Source: an uncultured Gemmatimonadales bacterium
Lineage (GTDB): Bacteria > Gemmatimonadota > Gemmatimonadetes > Gemmatimonadales > Gemmatimonadaceae
Direction of reading: 5' to 3'
NCBI GenBank assembly: GCA_963850905.1
Contig: CAWKMU010000003.1
Location: forward strand, 1,888,001-1,952,000
Length of the DNA stretch: 64,000 nucleotides
Shown: one piece after another, positions 18,561 through 28,264 of the stretch
How the letters are laid out: the number at the start of each line of letters is the position of its first letter
How positions within the stretch are numbered: the first letter of the stretch is position 1
Notes under the pieces: generated by a model
The model's database searches: none
The model's input: only the letters and a program-made list of their open reading frames with translations
What the model was told of the DNA's origin: nothing
Position numbers and translations under genes: made by a program

Positions 18561-20250
18561 ATGAATCCGCGCCGGCTCGTGTGGTGGACGATCGGCATCG
18601 GCACCGCCGTTCGTCTAGTCATCGCGGCCGTCACCGGGCTGGGTGTGGACGAGTCCTACGCGGTCGCCAGCGCCCGCCAGTTGCACCTCAGCTACTTCGA
18701 CCATCCGCCGCTCTCGTTCTGGCTGGTGCACCTGGCGACACACCTGTTCCGTTCCGAGGCGCACCTCGTCGTCCGCGGTCCGTTCATCCTGTTGTTCGCA
18801 GCGACGACGTGGCTGATGTACCGAGTTACCGCCCACGCGTTTGGCGAGCACGAGGGCTGGCTGGCGGTGCTGTTTCTCAACGTCGCGCCGGTGTTCAGCC
18901 TGAGCACCGCGACGTGGGTGCTGCCCGACGGTCCGCTCATGTGCAGCCTGGCCGGTGCCTGCTACTGCCTCGCCCGCGTGGTCCTCGATCCAGCCGGTGA
19001 GCGCCGCGCAGGCCGATGGTGGCTTGGCGCTGGCCTCTGTGTCGGCGCGGCTCTCCTGTCCAAGTACCAGGCCGCACTGTTCCTGGTCGGCGTCGCTCTG
19101 TTTCTGGTGGTCAGGCCGACCCAGCGCCGGTGGCTGGGGCGGGCCGAGCCGTACGCGGGGCTCGCGGTCGCGCTGGCGCTGTTCACACCGGTGCTCGTAT
19201 GGAACGCTCAACACGGCTGGGCGTCGTTCGCATTCCAACTCGGACGCCAAGCGACGAGCGTGACTCCGACCGTGTCGCAGCGGCTCGGTGCGCTCGCCCA
19301 AACCATCGGTGGACAGGCGCTCTGGGTGCTTCCGTGGCTCTGGGTACCGCTCGTCTGGGTACTCATCACCGCGCTCGTTCGGCGCCCCCACGAAGATCGG
19401 CGCTACCTGTTCGCGTGCGTCGCGCTGGTGCCGATCACGGTGTTCACCGTCGTGTCGCTGACCGGACGGCCTGCGCTCCCACATTGGCCTGCGTCCGGGT
19501 ACTTGTTTTTGTTTCCGCTCCTGGGTGCCGCCATTGCGGCGCGGATCCGAGGGCTTGTCGAGCGCCGCGATCTCGCCGTGCGGGCGGTCCCGCCCGGCAT
19601 CGAGCGCCGCCGCAAGGGGGATCGCCGGCTCCGGCCGCTACTACTGTGGAGTCTCTGGTCGATCGCCTCGTTTGTGGTGCTCTTGATCATCGGCGCGAGC
19701 GCGATGGCGACGGGCTGGCACGCGCGGTACCTCTCGCCTGCGCATTCGAGCGACCGATCCGACGCTGGAGGGAGTCGACTGGCGCGGACTCGCGCGCGGT
19801 CTCGACTCCCTTGGCATGTTGAGACGACCACACACCTTCATCGCAGCGACGAGCTGGGTGCAGGCGGGGAAAGTGGCATACGCACTCGGGCCGCAGGTGC
19901 CCGTCCTCTGCTTGAGTGTCGATCCCCGGCAGTTCGCGTTTTTGCACGACCAGCGCGCCTTCCTGGGTCAGGACGCTGTCATGGTGGATCGGCTCCCCGC
20001 GCGCCATGATCTCTCCGACCGCTACCAGGGGTTCTTCGCGTCGATGACGCCGGTCGGCACGGTCACGATTCGACGCGGAGGCGACCCCGTTTTCGACGTC
20101 GGCGTCTACCTCGCGCGTGAGTTCGTGCGTCCGTTCCCCGCGACTGCCATGCCGCGGGGCGCGCTGCCGCCGTTCCCGCGTGATCAGGTGGCCGATTATC
20201 TTCCCCCCGACCCGACACAGGACGCACCAATCGTGGAGCGAGCGCGGTGA
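18561..20250 (+). pseudogene. GT39/ArnT-like membrane glycosyltransferase split by a frameshift near 19740 (real or sequence error)
   Basis: GVDESY, SYFDHPPL and LLSKY in frame 1; the protein-like continuation RIRATDPTLEGVDWRG... is in another frame from 19741 to 20250. Confidence 0.75.
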
Positions 20251-20999
20251 AGATCGCGGTGTGCATCAAACGTGTGCCCGTCCAGGAAGGCCGCTTCGCG
20301 ATCGCAGCCAGTGGCACGGCGATCGATGAGACGGGCCTCAAGTACGATGTGAACGACTTCGACCTGTGGGCGGTCGAGGCTGCGCTCCAGCTCAAGGAAA
20401 AGGCCGGGCAGGGCGAGGTCGTTGTCGTGTCGTTGGGCGCCGACGCAGTACAGGAGCAGATCCGCAAGGCGTTGAGCATGGGCGCGGATCGCGGTGTACA
20501 CCTGAAGACGACGCAAACCACTCCGGATTCTCTCGTCATTGCCCGCGCGCTCGCGGACGAGCTGCGGGGCGGCGGCTACGATCTGTTGCTGTTTGGCCGG
20601 GTTGCGGTCGACGCAGGCAACGGCGCGACCGGTGCCATGGTCGCCGAATTGCTGAATCTCCCCTGCGTGACCGGCGTCTCGAAGTTGGAGATCGCGGCTG
20701 GTCGAGGACGGGCACGACGCGAGCTCGAGGGTGCACAGGAAGTCATGGAGTTTCCACTGCCGGCGGTGTTGACGATTGATGAGGGACTCAACAAGGAACG
20801 CCTGCCATCCCTCAAGGGCATCATGGCGGCCAAGAAGAAGCCTCTCGACATCAAAGCCGTCACGCTGACGGAGTCGCGCGTGTCGGTGCGCCGCCTCGCC
20901 CTGCCCCCCGAGCGCGCCGCGGGCCGCATCATCGGTGAGGGCGCGGCGGCTGTGCCCGAGCTTATCGGGCTGCTGCAGACCGAAGCCAAGGTATTGTGA
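20247..20999 (+). CDS. etfB: Electron transfer flavoprotein beta subunit
   Basis: MKIAVCIKRVP, ALSMGADRG, RLPSLKGIMAAKKKP. Confidence 0.96.
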   Translation: MKIAVCIKRVPVQEGRFAIAASGTAIDETGLKYDVNDFDLWAVEAALQLKEKAGQGEVVVVSLGADAVQEQIRKALSMGADRGVHLKTTQTTPDSLVIARALADELRGGGYDLLLFGRVAVDAGNGATGAMVAELLNLPCVTGVSKLEIAAGRGRARRELEGAQEVMEFPLPAVLTIDEGLNKERLPSLKGIMAAKKKPLDIKAVTLTESRVSVRRLALPPERAAGRIIGEGAAAVPELIGLLQTEAKVL

Positions 21000-21988
21000 T
21001 GCTGAACGTCCTCGTGCTCGCGGAGACGCGTGAAGGAGCGCTGCGCAAGGTCGCCCTCGAGGCGGTCGCGGCGGCACGGACATTGGTCGATGGGTCGGGC
21101 GGCGGCGAAGTGCACGCGGTGTTCGTCGGTGCCCCAGGCATCGAGACTTGTGCGCAAGCCTTGGGAGAGCACGGCGCCGACGTCGTCGTGGTTGTCGAGC
21201 ATCCGGCCCTCGAGCGGTACAACCCGGAGGCCTGCACGGCGCTCGTCGCGGATCGGCTACGCAGCGGGGGATATCGCGCCGGCGTGTTCGCTTCGAGCGT
21301 GCAGGGGCGCGACCTGGCTCCGCGCGTCGCCGGGCGGGTGGGCGTGCCGGTCGTGACCGATGTGACCGCGCTCGCGCTCGAAGGAGACGCGTTGGTGGTG
21401 ACCCATCCAATCGACACTGGCAAAGTGATTGCCACGCTGGAGGTGCATGCGACGCCGGCGCTCGTGGCGTTGCGCCCCGGCGTGGTCATGCCGGCGCGTT
21501 CGCCGAGGGAGGCGCGCATCGAACGGGCACAGCCGGCGGGAGATCCGGCTGCGACACGTGTCGTGACGACGGAGCTGAAGGTTGGCACGACGACCAAACT
21601 CGATCTCGGCGAGGCGCCCGTCATTGTGAGCGGCGGTCGCGGCCTCAAGTCTGCTGAGAACTTCCACCTCGTCGAGGAACTGGCCGCGGCGTTCGGCAAT
21701 GCGGCGGTTGGCGCGACGCGGGCGGTGACAGACGATGGGTGGCGGCCCCACAGCGAACAGATCGGGCAAACCGGGCGACTGGTCAGTCCTGACCTTTACG
21801 TTGCAGTCGGGATTTCGGGCGCCGTTCAGCATCTCGCAGGTATGCGGACGTCTAAAACAATCGTCGCGATCAACAAGGACCGCGACGCGCCGATCTTCAA
21901 AGTCGCGGACTACGGGATCGTGGGCGACGTGTTCGAGGTCGTGCCAGCGCTCACTGCGGCGGTGCGCGCGGCACGGAAAGCTTCGTGA
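20999..21988 (+). CDS. etfA: Electron transfer flavoprotein alpha subunit
   Basis: IVSGGRGL, QIGQTG, LYVAVGISGAVQHLAGM, AINKDRDAPIF. Confidence 0.96.
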   Translation: MLNVLVLAETREGALRKVALEAVAAARTLVDGSGGGEVHAVFVGAPGIETCAQALGEHGADVVVVVEHPALERYNPEACTALVADRLRSGGYRAGVFASSVQGRDLAPRVAGRVGVPVVTDVTALALEGDALVVTHPIDTGKVIATLEVHATPALVALRPGVVMPARSPREARIERAQPAGDPAATRVVTTELKVGTTTKLDLGEAPVIVSGGRGLKSAENFHLVEELAAAFGNAAVGATRAVTDDGWRPHSEQIGQTGRLVSPDLYVAVGISGAVQHLAGMRTSKTIVAINKDRDAPIFKVADYGIVGDVFEVVPALTAAVRAARKAS

Positions 21989-23640
21989 CCATCATTCCCG
22001 CGCAATTCCAGCCCGCACTACCGCTGGATCGTATTCTCCTGACCGACGTCCCGAATGCGGAGGCAACCGCAATGGACGTCGTGTTCGTCGGTGCGGGTCC
22101 AGCAGGCTTGGCAGGCGCCATAGAGCTGGCACGCCTCGTCCAACGCGACAACGAAGCCGGCGGCCCTCTCGGCGCCTTGCAAATCGCCGTAGTCGAAAAG
22201 GCGCCCGCACTCGGGGAGCACTCGCTCTCGGGTGCGATCATCAACCAGCGCGCGATCCGTGAGCTCTTCCCAAACCTTGGCCCTGCGCAGTTCCCATTCC
22301 GCTCTCTGGTGAGTGACGAGCGCGTCTATTTCCTAACTCGCAATCGTGCGATTCGCGTTCCGACCCCGCCGACCATGCAGAATCATGGCCACGCCATCGC
22401 ATCCTTGTCTGAGGTCGTGCGCTGGCTCGGAGAGCAGGCCGAAGCATTGGGCGTCTACATCTTCACGGGTTTCCCCGTTGGTGCGTTGCTGACCACAGGG
22501 ACGCGTGTCACCGGCGTACGCACGACGCCTGCCGGGTTGACGCGCAGCGGCGAGCCAGGGCCGGCCTACACCCCGGGCACCGACATTGCCGCCCAGGTTG
22601 TTGTCCTGGCCGAAGGGACGCGCGGTATGCTGTCACAGGCCTGGGTGAAATGGCAACAGATCACGAGCGCGAACCCGCAGATCTTTGCGCTCGGCGTCAA
22701 GGAGATTTGGCGGACGAAGCGCCCGCTAAGTGCCGTGATGCATACGATCGGTTGGCCGCTGCCGGCTGACGTGTTCGGCGGCAGCTTCATTTACCCGCTT
22801 GCGCCCGATCTCCTCGCGCTGGGTCTCGTGGTCGGCATGGACTACCGACAGACGACGCTCGACGTGCATGAAATGCTGCAGCACTTCAAACAACACCCAA
22901 TGATCCGCGGACAGTTGGAAGGCGGCGAGATGATTGAGTGGGGGGCGAAGACGATTCCTGAGGGTGGATACTATGCTGTCCCAGCGCGGCGTTCGGGCGA
23001 CGGGATAATCCTCGTCGGCGATGCCGCGGGGTACGTCGATGTCTCCTCCCTCAAGGGGATTCATTATGCGATGCAGTCCGGCATTTACGCCGCGCGGGTA
23101 ATCTTCGACGCTTTGCGACAAGGAGATACCTCAGCTGGAACCCTCGGCGCGTACGACCGGATGGTCGATGCGAGCTACATCATGGAGGACCTTTATCGCC
23201 GTCGGAACATGCGTCTGGTTTTCCAGGGCAGCAACCTGTATCGCGGCGGTATGCAAGCCGCGCTGATGACGCTCACGGGCGGCCGGGTGCCCGGCGCCCA
23301 GCTCCAGTCACATGCTGATGCAGAGGTGCCGCGCGATCCGGCCCCGGAGCAGCGCTTCGTGCCAGATGGAACGCTGACCTTTAGCAAAGATGATGCGAAC
23401 TACAAATCCGGGAACAAAACGCGGGACGACATACCGTCGCACCTCATTGTAGGTAGCGAGATCCCGCCAGAGGTGGCAACGCTGTACCAACACATGTGCC
23501 CTGCCGGTGTGTACAGGCGAGAAGGTCAGACGTTGCTGGTCAGCCCGGGTAATTGCATCGACTGCAAGGCGACGGACGTCCTCGGACCCCGTTGGACACC
23601 TCGCGAGGGGACGAGTGGGCCACGGTATCGTTTGATGTAA
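21985..23640 (+). CDS. ETF:quinone oxidoreductase
   Basis: DVVFVGAGPAGL, GAKTIPEGG, VGDAAG, KGIHYAMQSG, C-terminal CPAGVY...NCIDCK ferredoxin-like domain. Confidence 0.92.
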   Translation: MTIIPAQFQPALPLDRILLTDVPNAEATAMDVVFVGAGPAGLAGAIELARLVQRDNEAGGPLGALQIAVVEKAPALGEHSLSGAIINQRAIRELFPNLGPAQFPFRSLVSDERVYFLTRNRAIRVPTPPTMQNHGHAIASLSEVVRWLGEQAEALGVYIFTGFPVGALLTTGTRVTGVRTTPAGLTRSGEPGPAYTPGTDIAAQVVVLAEGTRGMLSQAWVKWQQITSANPQIFALGVKEIWRTKRPLSAVMHTIGWPLPADVFGGSFIYPLAPDLLALGLVVGMDYRQTTLDVHEMLQHFKQHPMIRGQLEGGEMIEWGAKTIPEGGYYAVPARRSGDGIILVGDAAGYVDVSSLKGIHYAMQSGIYAARVIFDALRQGDTSAGTLGAYDRMVDASYIMEDLYRRRNMRLVFQGSNLYRGGMQAALMTLTGGRVPGAQLQSHADAEVPRDPAPEQRFVPDGTLTFSKDDANYKSGNKTRDDIPSHLIVGSEIPPEVATLYQHMCPAGVYRREGQTLLVSPGNCIDCKATDVLGPRWTPREGTSGPRYRLM

Positions 23641-23654
23641 TCGGATCCCGAGCC

Positions 23655-24218
23655 TCACCCTTCCACGGCCGGGTGAGCGCCCGTTGTCCCGTATTGCACG
23701 GTCACCGTGAGCCGGCTGCCGTCGACACGCGTGGCCACGCGCCGTGAGCACCCTGGGCACCGCGACATGAGCAGGGGAGTCTCGGCGCGCTGTGCGAGCA
23801 GTGTGCGACACACGGGGCAGTAGATCGAGGCCGATACGAGCGCCGCTGTCACTGTGCTCGCGACCGGGGGCGGGGTGTGTGCGCCGTTTTCGTCGCCGGC
23901 CGGGGCGACGAGTTTGGGCTTGGCACCTTGCCCGACGCGGGCCGCGACGGTTGCAACGAAGAACTCCCGCTCGGCATCGGACATGCTCGCGAGCTGCTGG
24001 GCGTTGACGAGCCCGCGCTCGGTGAGGGTCCGCGCCATGCCGGTCGGCAGCGGCGTCACCGCCCAATCGCGCTTCCCGCCCGGGGCCTTCCCTCCGCGAC
24101 GTCGATCGGCTTCGCCGTCGATCTTGGTGCGGAGCGTTCGTCCAGCGAGCGCGATGACGCCCGCGAGAAACAGGAAGACGATCACGCCGAGGGCGAGCAA
24201 GACGCGAGGGTTCATCAT
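23655..24218 (-). CDS. Membrane-anchored hypothetical protein with C-terminal zinc ribbon
   Basis: N-terminal hydrophobic helix; CPVC...CPGC. Confidence 0.6.
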   Translation of the reverse strand: MMNPRVLLALGVIVFLFLAGVIALAGRTLRTKIDGEADRRRGGKAPGGKRDWAVTPLPTGMARTLTERGLVNAQQLASMSDAEREFFVATVAARVGQGAKPKLVAPAGDENGAHTPPPVASTVTAALVSASIYCPVCRTLLAQRAETPLLMSRCPGCSRRVATRVDGSRLTVTVQYGTTGAHPAVEG

Positions 24219-24254
24219 GGCGGCAACGCACGTATGTCGGGTGGGGACGCCCGC

Positions 24255-25505
24255 TCAGAGCGCGAACGCGGCGCTCGTCGTGGTGTCGTCGGAAAGCAGC
24301 AGGGCGTGCAGGACCTCGCCCGCATCGGCAACCACACAGTCCTCGGGGACGACGAGTAAGGCGTTGGCGAGTGACATGGACGTCAGGATTGCGGAGCCCT
24401 GGCGCCCTGTGAGTCGAGCCCGGGCCACCCCATCCTCACCAATTCGGACAACAGCGCGGAGAAAATGGGTCAGTGGGGCCGCGATCCTCACGGGCTCCTC
24501 GAGCACCACGGGGATGGGTCGCCGGAAGAGACGGGTGTGCCCCATCATTCGACGGATGACCGGTCGAACGAAGAGCTCGAAGGTGACGAGCGCGGACACG
24601 GGGTTCCCTGGAAGGCCGATCCACGGCATGCGCCCGAGCCACCCAAAGCCGAGTGGAGCTCCGGGACGCATGCGCACCCTCCAGAACTTCATGTCGGCGC
24701 CGAGCGCGGCGATGACCTGGCGCGTATAGTCGAATTCCCCGACCGATACGCCCGCAGTCGTGACGAGTAGATCGCATCCGGCGCTGCGCCCCAGGATGTC
24801 CTGCAGCGCTGCAGGTGCATCGGGCGCGACGCCGAGATTCACCGGGTCGGCGCCAGCCATACGGACGGCGGCGTGCAGCGAGTAGTTGTTGGATGAGACG
24901 CTGCGGTGGCCCGTGGCGGCCTCGCTGAAGTGATCGAGATCGACCAACTCGTCGCCCGAACCGACGATCGCCACGCGCGGCTTGCGGTGCACGTCCACGA
25001 CGGAGGCCCCGATGGAGGCCAAGATCCCGATCTGTGCGGCGCCGATAACCGCTCCAGGCGAGAACAGTGTATCGCCCTCGTGGAAATCCTCGCCTCGGGG
25101 TCGCACGTTGCGCTGGGCGTCGCGTGCGTCGGCGATCGCGACCCGCTCGATACCGCCATCGGTATCCTCGACGCGGATGACCGAGTCCGCGCCCTCGGGC
25201 ATCGGCGCGCCTGTCATGATCCGCGTCGCAGTGGCAGGGCCTACGGGAACCGTCGGAAACCGGCCTGCAGCAACGGTCTCGAGCACGTGCAACACGACCG
25301 GCGACTCACCAGACGCTGTGGCCACATCCTCCGCGCGCACTGCGTAGCCGTCCATTGCCGCGTTGTCCCAGGCGGGCAGCGTGAGGGGCGCGGCGACCGT
25401 CGTGGCGAGCACCCGACCGAGCGTGTCGAGAAGGGCGACCCGCTCGACGGCGCATGGACGGATGTCCGCGAGGACCGAGGCGACGGCTTCGGGGACGGAC
25501 AGCAC
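24255..25505 (-). CDS. moeA: Molybdopterin molybdotransferase
   Basis: AAMDGYAV, IMTGAPMPEGAD, GSGDEL, GLPGNPVS; GTG start just after the dacB stop. Confidence 0.95.
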   Translation of the reverse strand: MLSVPEAVASVLADIRPCAVERVALLDTLGRVLATTVAAPLTLPAWDNAAMDGYAVRAEDVATASGESPVVLHVLETVAAGRFPTVPVGPATATRIMTGAPMPEGADSVIRVEDTDGGIERVAIADARDAQRNVRPRGEDFHEGDTLFSPGAVIGAAQIGILASIGASVVDVHRKPRVAIVGSGDELVDLDHFSEAATGHRSVSSNNYSLHAAVRMAGADPVNLGVAPDAPAALQDILGRSAGCDLLVTTAGVSVGEFDYTRQVIAALGADMKFWRVRMRPGAPLGFGWLGRMPWIGLPGNPVSALVTFELFVRPVIRRMMGHTRLFRRPIPVVLEEPVRIAAPLTHFLRAVVRIGEDGVARARLTGRQGSAILTSMSLANALLVVPEDCVVADAGEVLHALLLSDDTTTSAAFAL

Positions 25506-25506
25506 G

Positions 25507-27189
25507 TCAGCGCCGATTGAGTGACATCGAGGCGAGTCGGACCGCAATGGCGTCCTGAACCTGTTCGACCTCCTGCACGGGCACCGTCCAGTTGTTGCAG
25601 AGGAAACTGAAGATGAGCCTGCCGCCGTCTGTCGTCGTCACGTAGCCCGACAGAGATCGGGCGCGGTCGACGAAACCAGTTTTCGCGTGCACGTTCCCCG
25701 CCGCGGCCGTGCCGCGCATCCGGTCGGAGATCGTTCCGTCGACGCCGGCGATGGGGAGGGCATCGTACAGCACATGGAACGCGGTGTCGTGCTGCATCGT
25801 GGCGAGAACGCGCACGAGCGTGGCCGGCGCCAGGTAGTCGTGGCGCGACAGTCCGCTCCCGTCCCGAATCACGAACTCATCCGGCGCCGCGCCCCAGGCC
25901 GTCAATTGGGATTCGACGACGCGCCGCCCGCTATCGGCCGATCCGACGCCGGTTCGTTCCAGGCCCAATGTCTTGAGAAGAATCTCCGCGATCTGGTTCT
26001 GGGAAGGCTTGAGCAACGCGGGCAGGATGTCACGCAGCGGCGGTGACACGAGCGTAAACACCGTGTCGCCCTCCGCCGACCGCGGGGGCGCGACGACGCC
26101 CAGCCGCGCAGCGTGCGCTGACGGTTCGTCCTGGGGCGGCAACACTGGCGCTGCGCGCAGACGGATCCCCCGCTGCCGAAGCGCGCTCGCAACGGCGTAC
26201 AGGTAGGCGGTGGCTTGGTCGGGGTAGGTGACGAGCAGCGTATTCGTGTCGCTCGGGGCGACCGTGCCGTCGATCGTGAGCGCACCACGCGCCGGATCGT
26301 ACGCCGCTGTGAGCTCAGCGGTCGGCGTCGCCCCACCGGGCGCTGCGGACATCACGCGGGAGTTTACGCGGGGATAGTCGGCAATCGGCGCGGTCGTGAT
26401 TCGAGCGGGCGATCCGGGATGGCGTGATCCCCGAATCGCGATCGTGGTAAAACCTTCATTGAAGAACAGTTCGTCGACGCCCGCTGCGTAGGGCTGCGTC
26501 AAATCGTCCCAATCCCAGCCAAACCCCACGTCCGCATCGGGGAACGCATCGCCGCCGCTGACGATGTGACCCGTGATGCGACGAATGCCGTGCGCTGCCA
26601 GCGAGTCCGCGGCAGCGCGTAGCGGCATCATGGCGTCGTGCATCATGTGGTCGCTGACGGTCGGATCTCCGCGGCCAATTACCACCAGGTCGCCGACCAA
26701 TGTGCCGTCATGTATCCGACCGCGCGCGACGAACGCTGTCCGGAAACGGAAGTCAGGGCCAAGCTGGGTCAACGCCACGGAGCTCGTGATCACCTTCATG
26801 TTGGAGGCGGGGAGGAACAGTCGATGCGCGTTGCGCGCGTAGAGGGTGTCTCCGCTGGCCGGATCGACGATCAACACACCCCAGAAGGCGTTGTGGAAGC
26901 GCGGATCATCGAGCAGGGAATCGATGCTCTGCCTGAGCTCCGCCACCGCGATGCGGCGAGGTGGCGCCATCGCGGCTGTTTCCGGTGCGGCTACGACAAC
27001 GGTGGGCGTCGGCGTCGGGGGCGTCGCTGGTCGCGGCGTCGCAGGCGCGCACGCGATGGCCGCCACCACGCCCTCGACGACCGCACCGGCGACGGCGGCG
27101 TGCCAACCCGGGCGGCGTGACCGTCGGAGACGCCCGGGCCAGAGCGAAGAGAACACGACAGACTTCATGACGACTCCGTTGGGTGCCAT
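25507..27189 (-). CDS. dacB: D-Ala-D-Ala carboxypeptidase/endopeptidase (PBP4, peptidase S13), probable lipoprotein
   Basis: PASNMK (SxxK), SQN (SxN), HAKTG (KTG), DGSGLSR. Confidence 0.93.
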   Translation of the reverse strand: MAPNGVVMKSVVFSSLWPGRLRRSRRPGWHAAVAGAVVEGVVAAIACAPATPRPATPPTPTPTVVVAAPETAAMAPPRRIAVAELRQSIDSLLDDPRFHNAFWGVLIVDPASGDTLYARNAHRLFLPASNMKVITSSVALTQLGPDFRFRTAFVARGRIHDGTLVGDLVVIGRGDPTVSDHMMHDAMMPLRAAADSLAAHGIRRITGHIVSGGDAFPDADVGFGWDWDDLTQPYAAGVDELFFNEGFTTIAIRGSRHPGSPARITTAPIADYPRVNSRVMSAAPGGATPTAELTAAYDPARGALTIDGTVAPSDTNTLLVTYPDQATAYLYAVASALRQRGIRLRAAPVLPPQDEPSAHAARLGVVAPPRSAEGDTVFTLVSPPLRDILPALLKPSQNQIAEILLKTLGLERTGVGSADSGRRVVESQLTAWGAAPDEFVIRDGSGLSRHDYLAPATLVRVLATMQHDTAFHVLYDALPIAGVDGTISDRMRGTAAAGNVHAKTGFVDRARSLSGYVTTTDGGRLIFSFLCNNWTVPVQEVEQVQDAIAVRLASMSLNRR

Positions 27190-27773
27190 TGGTCGGCTCG
27201 CATCAAATCATCCGGTGTATTGACACTGAGAAAAGTGCGCGTTGGGTCGCCGAATCGGGCGACGACCCGTGCATCGAGGTGCGCCACGCGGACATCCTCG
27301 TAGAACGCGATCGCCCGCCGGTCCCCGGCGTCGAGTCGACGCTCGATGGCAGTCAGGCATGCCGGCGTATAGTACGCGCAGAGCGGCTCCAGTCCATGCG
27401 CGGCGTCGCCACGAGGGACCGCGACATCGAATCCCTGCTCGCCGAGCGCGCGCAGCGCTGTAAGCAGCCCTGCTGGCACGAACGGCATGTCCCACGCGAC
27501 GACGAGCACTGGCGACCCGACGCGCTCGATCGCCGCATGGATGCCGCCCAGGGCGCCCTCACCCGGCCGCGGGTCGGTCGCGACCCGCACTCCGGGGAGC
27601 CAGCTCGCCGCACCGGGATCGTTGGCCACCAACAGCAAATCGTCCGTTGCCTCACGCAGCGCGGCAGCGACGCGATCGATGATCCGCACGCCATCGACCC
27701 GCTCGAGTCCTTTCGGCCGGCCAGCGAACCGCGTCGCCAGCCCACCCGCCAGCACGACCCCCGTGCACCGCAT
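27165..27773 (-). CDS. mobA: Molybdenum cofactor guanylyltransferase
   Basis: VLAGGLATRFAGRPKG, WDMPF, EPLCAYY, SVNTPDDL. Confidence 0.9.
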   Translation of the reverse strand: MRCTGVVLAGGLATRFAGRPKGLERVDGVRIIDRVAAALREATDDLLLVANDPGAASWLPGVRVATDPRPGEGALGGIHAAIERVGSPVLVVAWDMPFVPAGLLTALRALGEQGFDVAVPRGDAAHGLEPLCAYYTPACLTAIERRLDAGDRRAIAFYEDVRVAHLDARVVARFGDPTRTFLSVNTPDDLMRADQWHPTESS

Positions 27774-27813
27774 GTCAGGCGTGGTCTCCTTTCTCCCCTC
27801 TCCCTTCTCCTCT

Positions 27814-28254
27814 CTACGGTCGCGCAGCGACCGTCGCCCAGAGGCGATCGTCTTCGGCCACGCGCACCTCGCTCACGTGCACGCCCTCGGTCTCCCTGCC
27901 GAGCGCGCGCTGCACGCGCTCGAGAATCCAGCGTGCCAGATTCTCGCTGGTCGGGATCTCACGGCCGTCCGCGAACTCCGGTACGTCCAGATTGAGATTT
28001 CGATGGTCGAGCGGCCGTTGGATTTCGTCGGCAAGCACGCGATCGAACCGGACGAGGTCGATGACCATGCCGGTGACTTCGTTGATCTGCCCGACGACGG
28101 TCACGTCGCAGACATACGTATGGCCGTGGTAGTGAGGTCGCGCGCACAGCCCGAATACCGCCTCGTTCCGCGCCGCGTCCCATTCGGGCCAATGATACCG
28201 GTGAGCGGCAGCAAACACGATCCGTCGAGTGAGCGACGCCGTGAGTGCGGTCAC
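27814..28254 (-). CDS. 6-pyruvoyl-tetrahydropterin synthase family, PTPS-II-type motif
   Basis: FAAAHR, CARPHYHGHTY (CxxxxxHGH), LDHRNLN, PTSENLA. Confidence 0.88.
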   Translation of the reverse strand: MTALTASLTRRIVFAAAHRYHWPEWDAARNEAVFGLCARPHYHGHTYVCDVTVVGQINEVTGMVIDLVRFDRVLADEIQRPLDHRNLNLDVPEFADGREIPTSENLARWILERVQRALGRETEGVHVSEVRVAEDDRLWATVAARP

Positions 28255-28264
28255 GTGAGCGCGG

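Noticed and set aside
27814..28254. queD assignment
   Set aside because: Motif spacing is CxxxxxHGH rather than CxxxHGH, and no que genes are adjacent.
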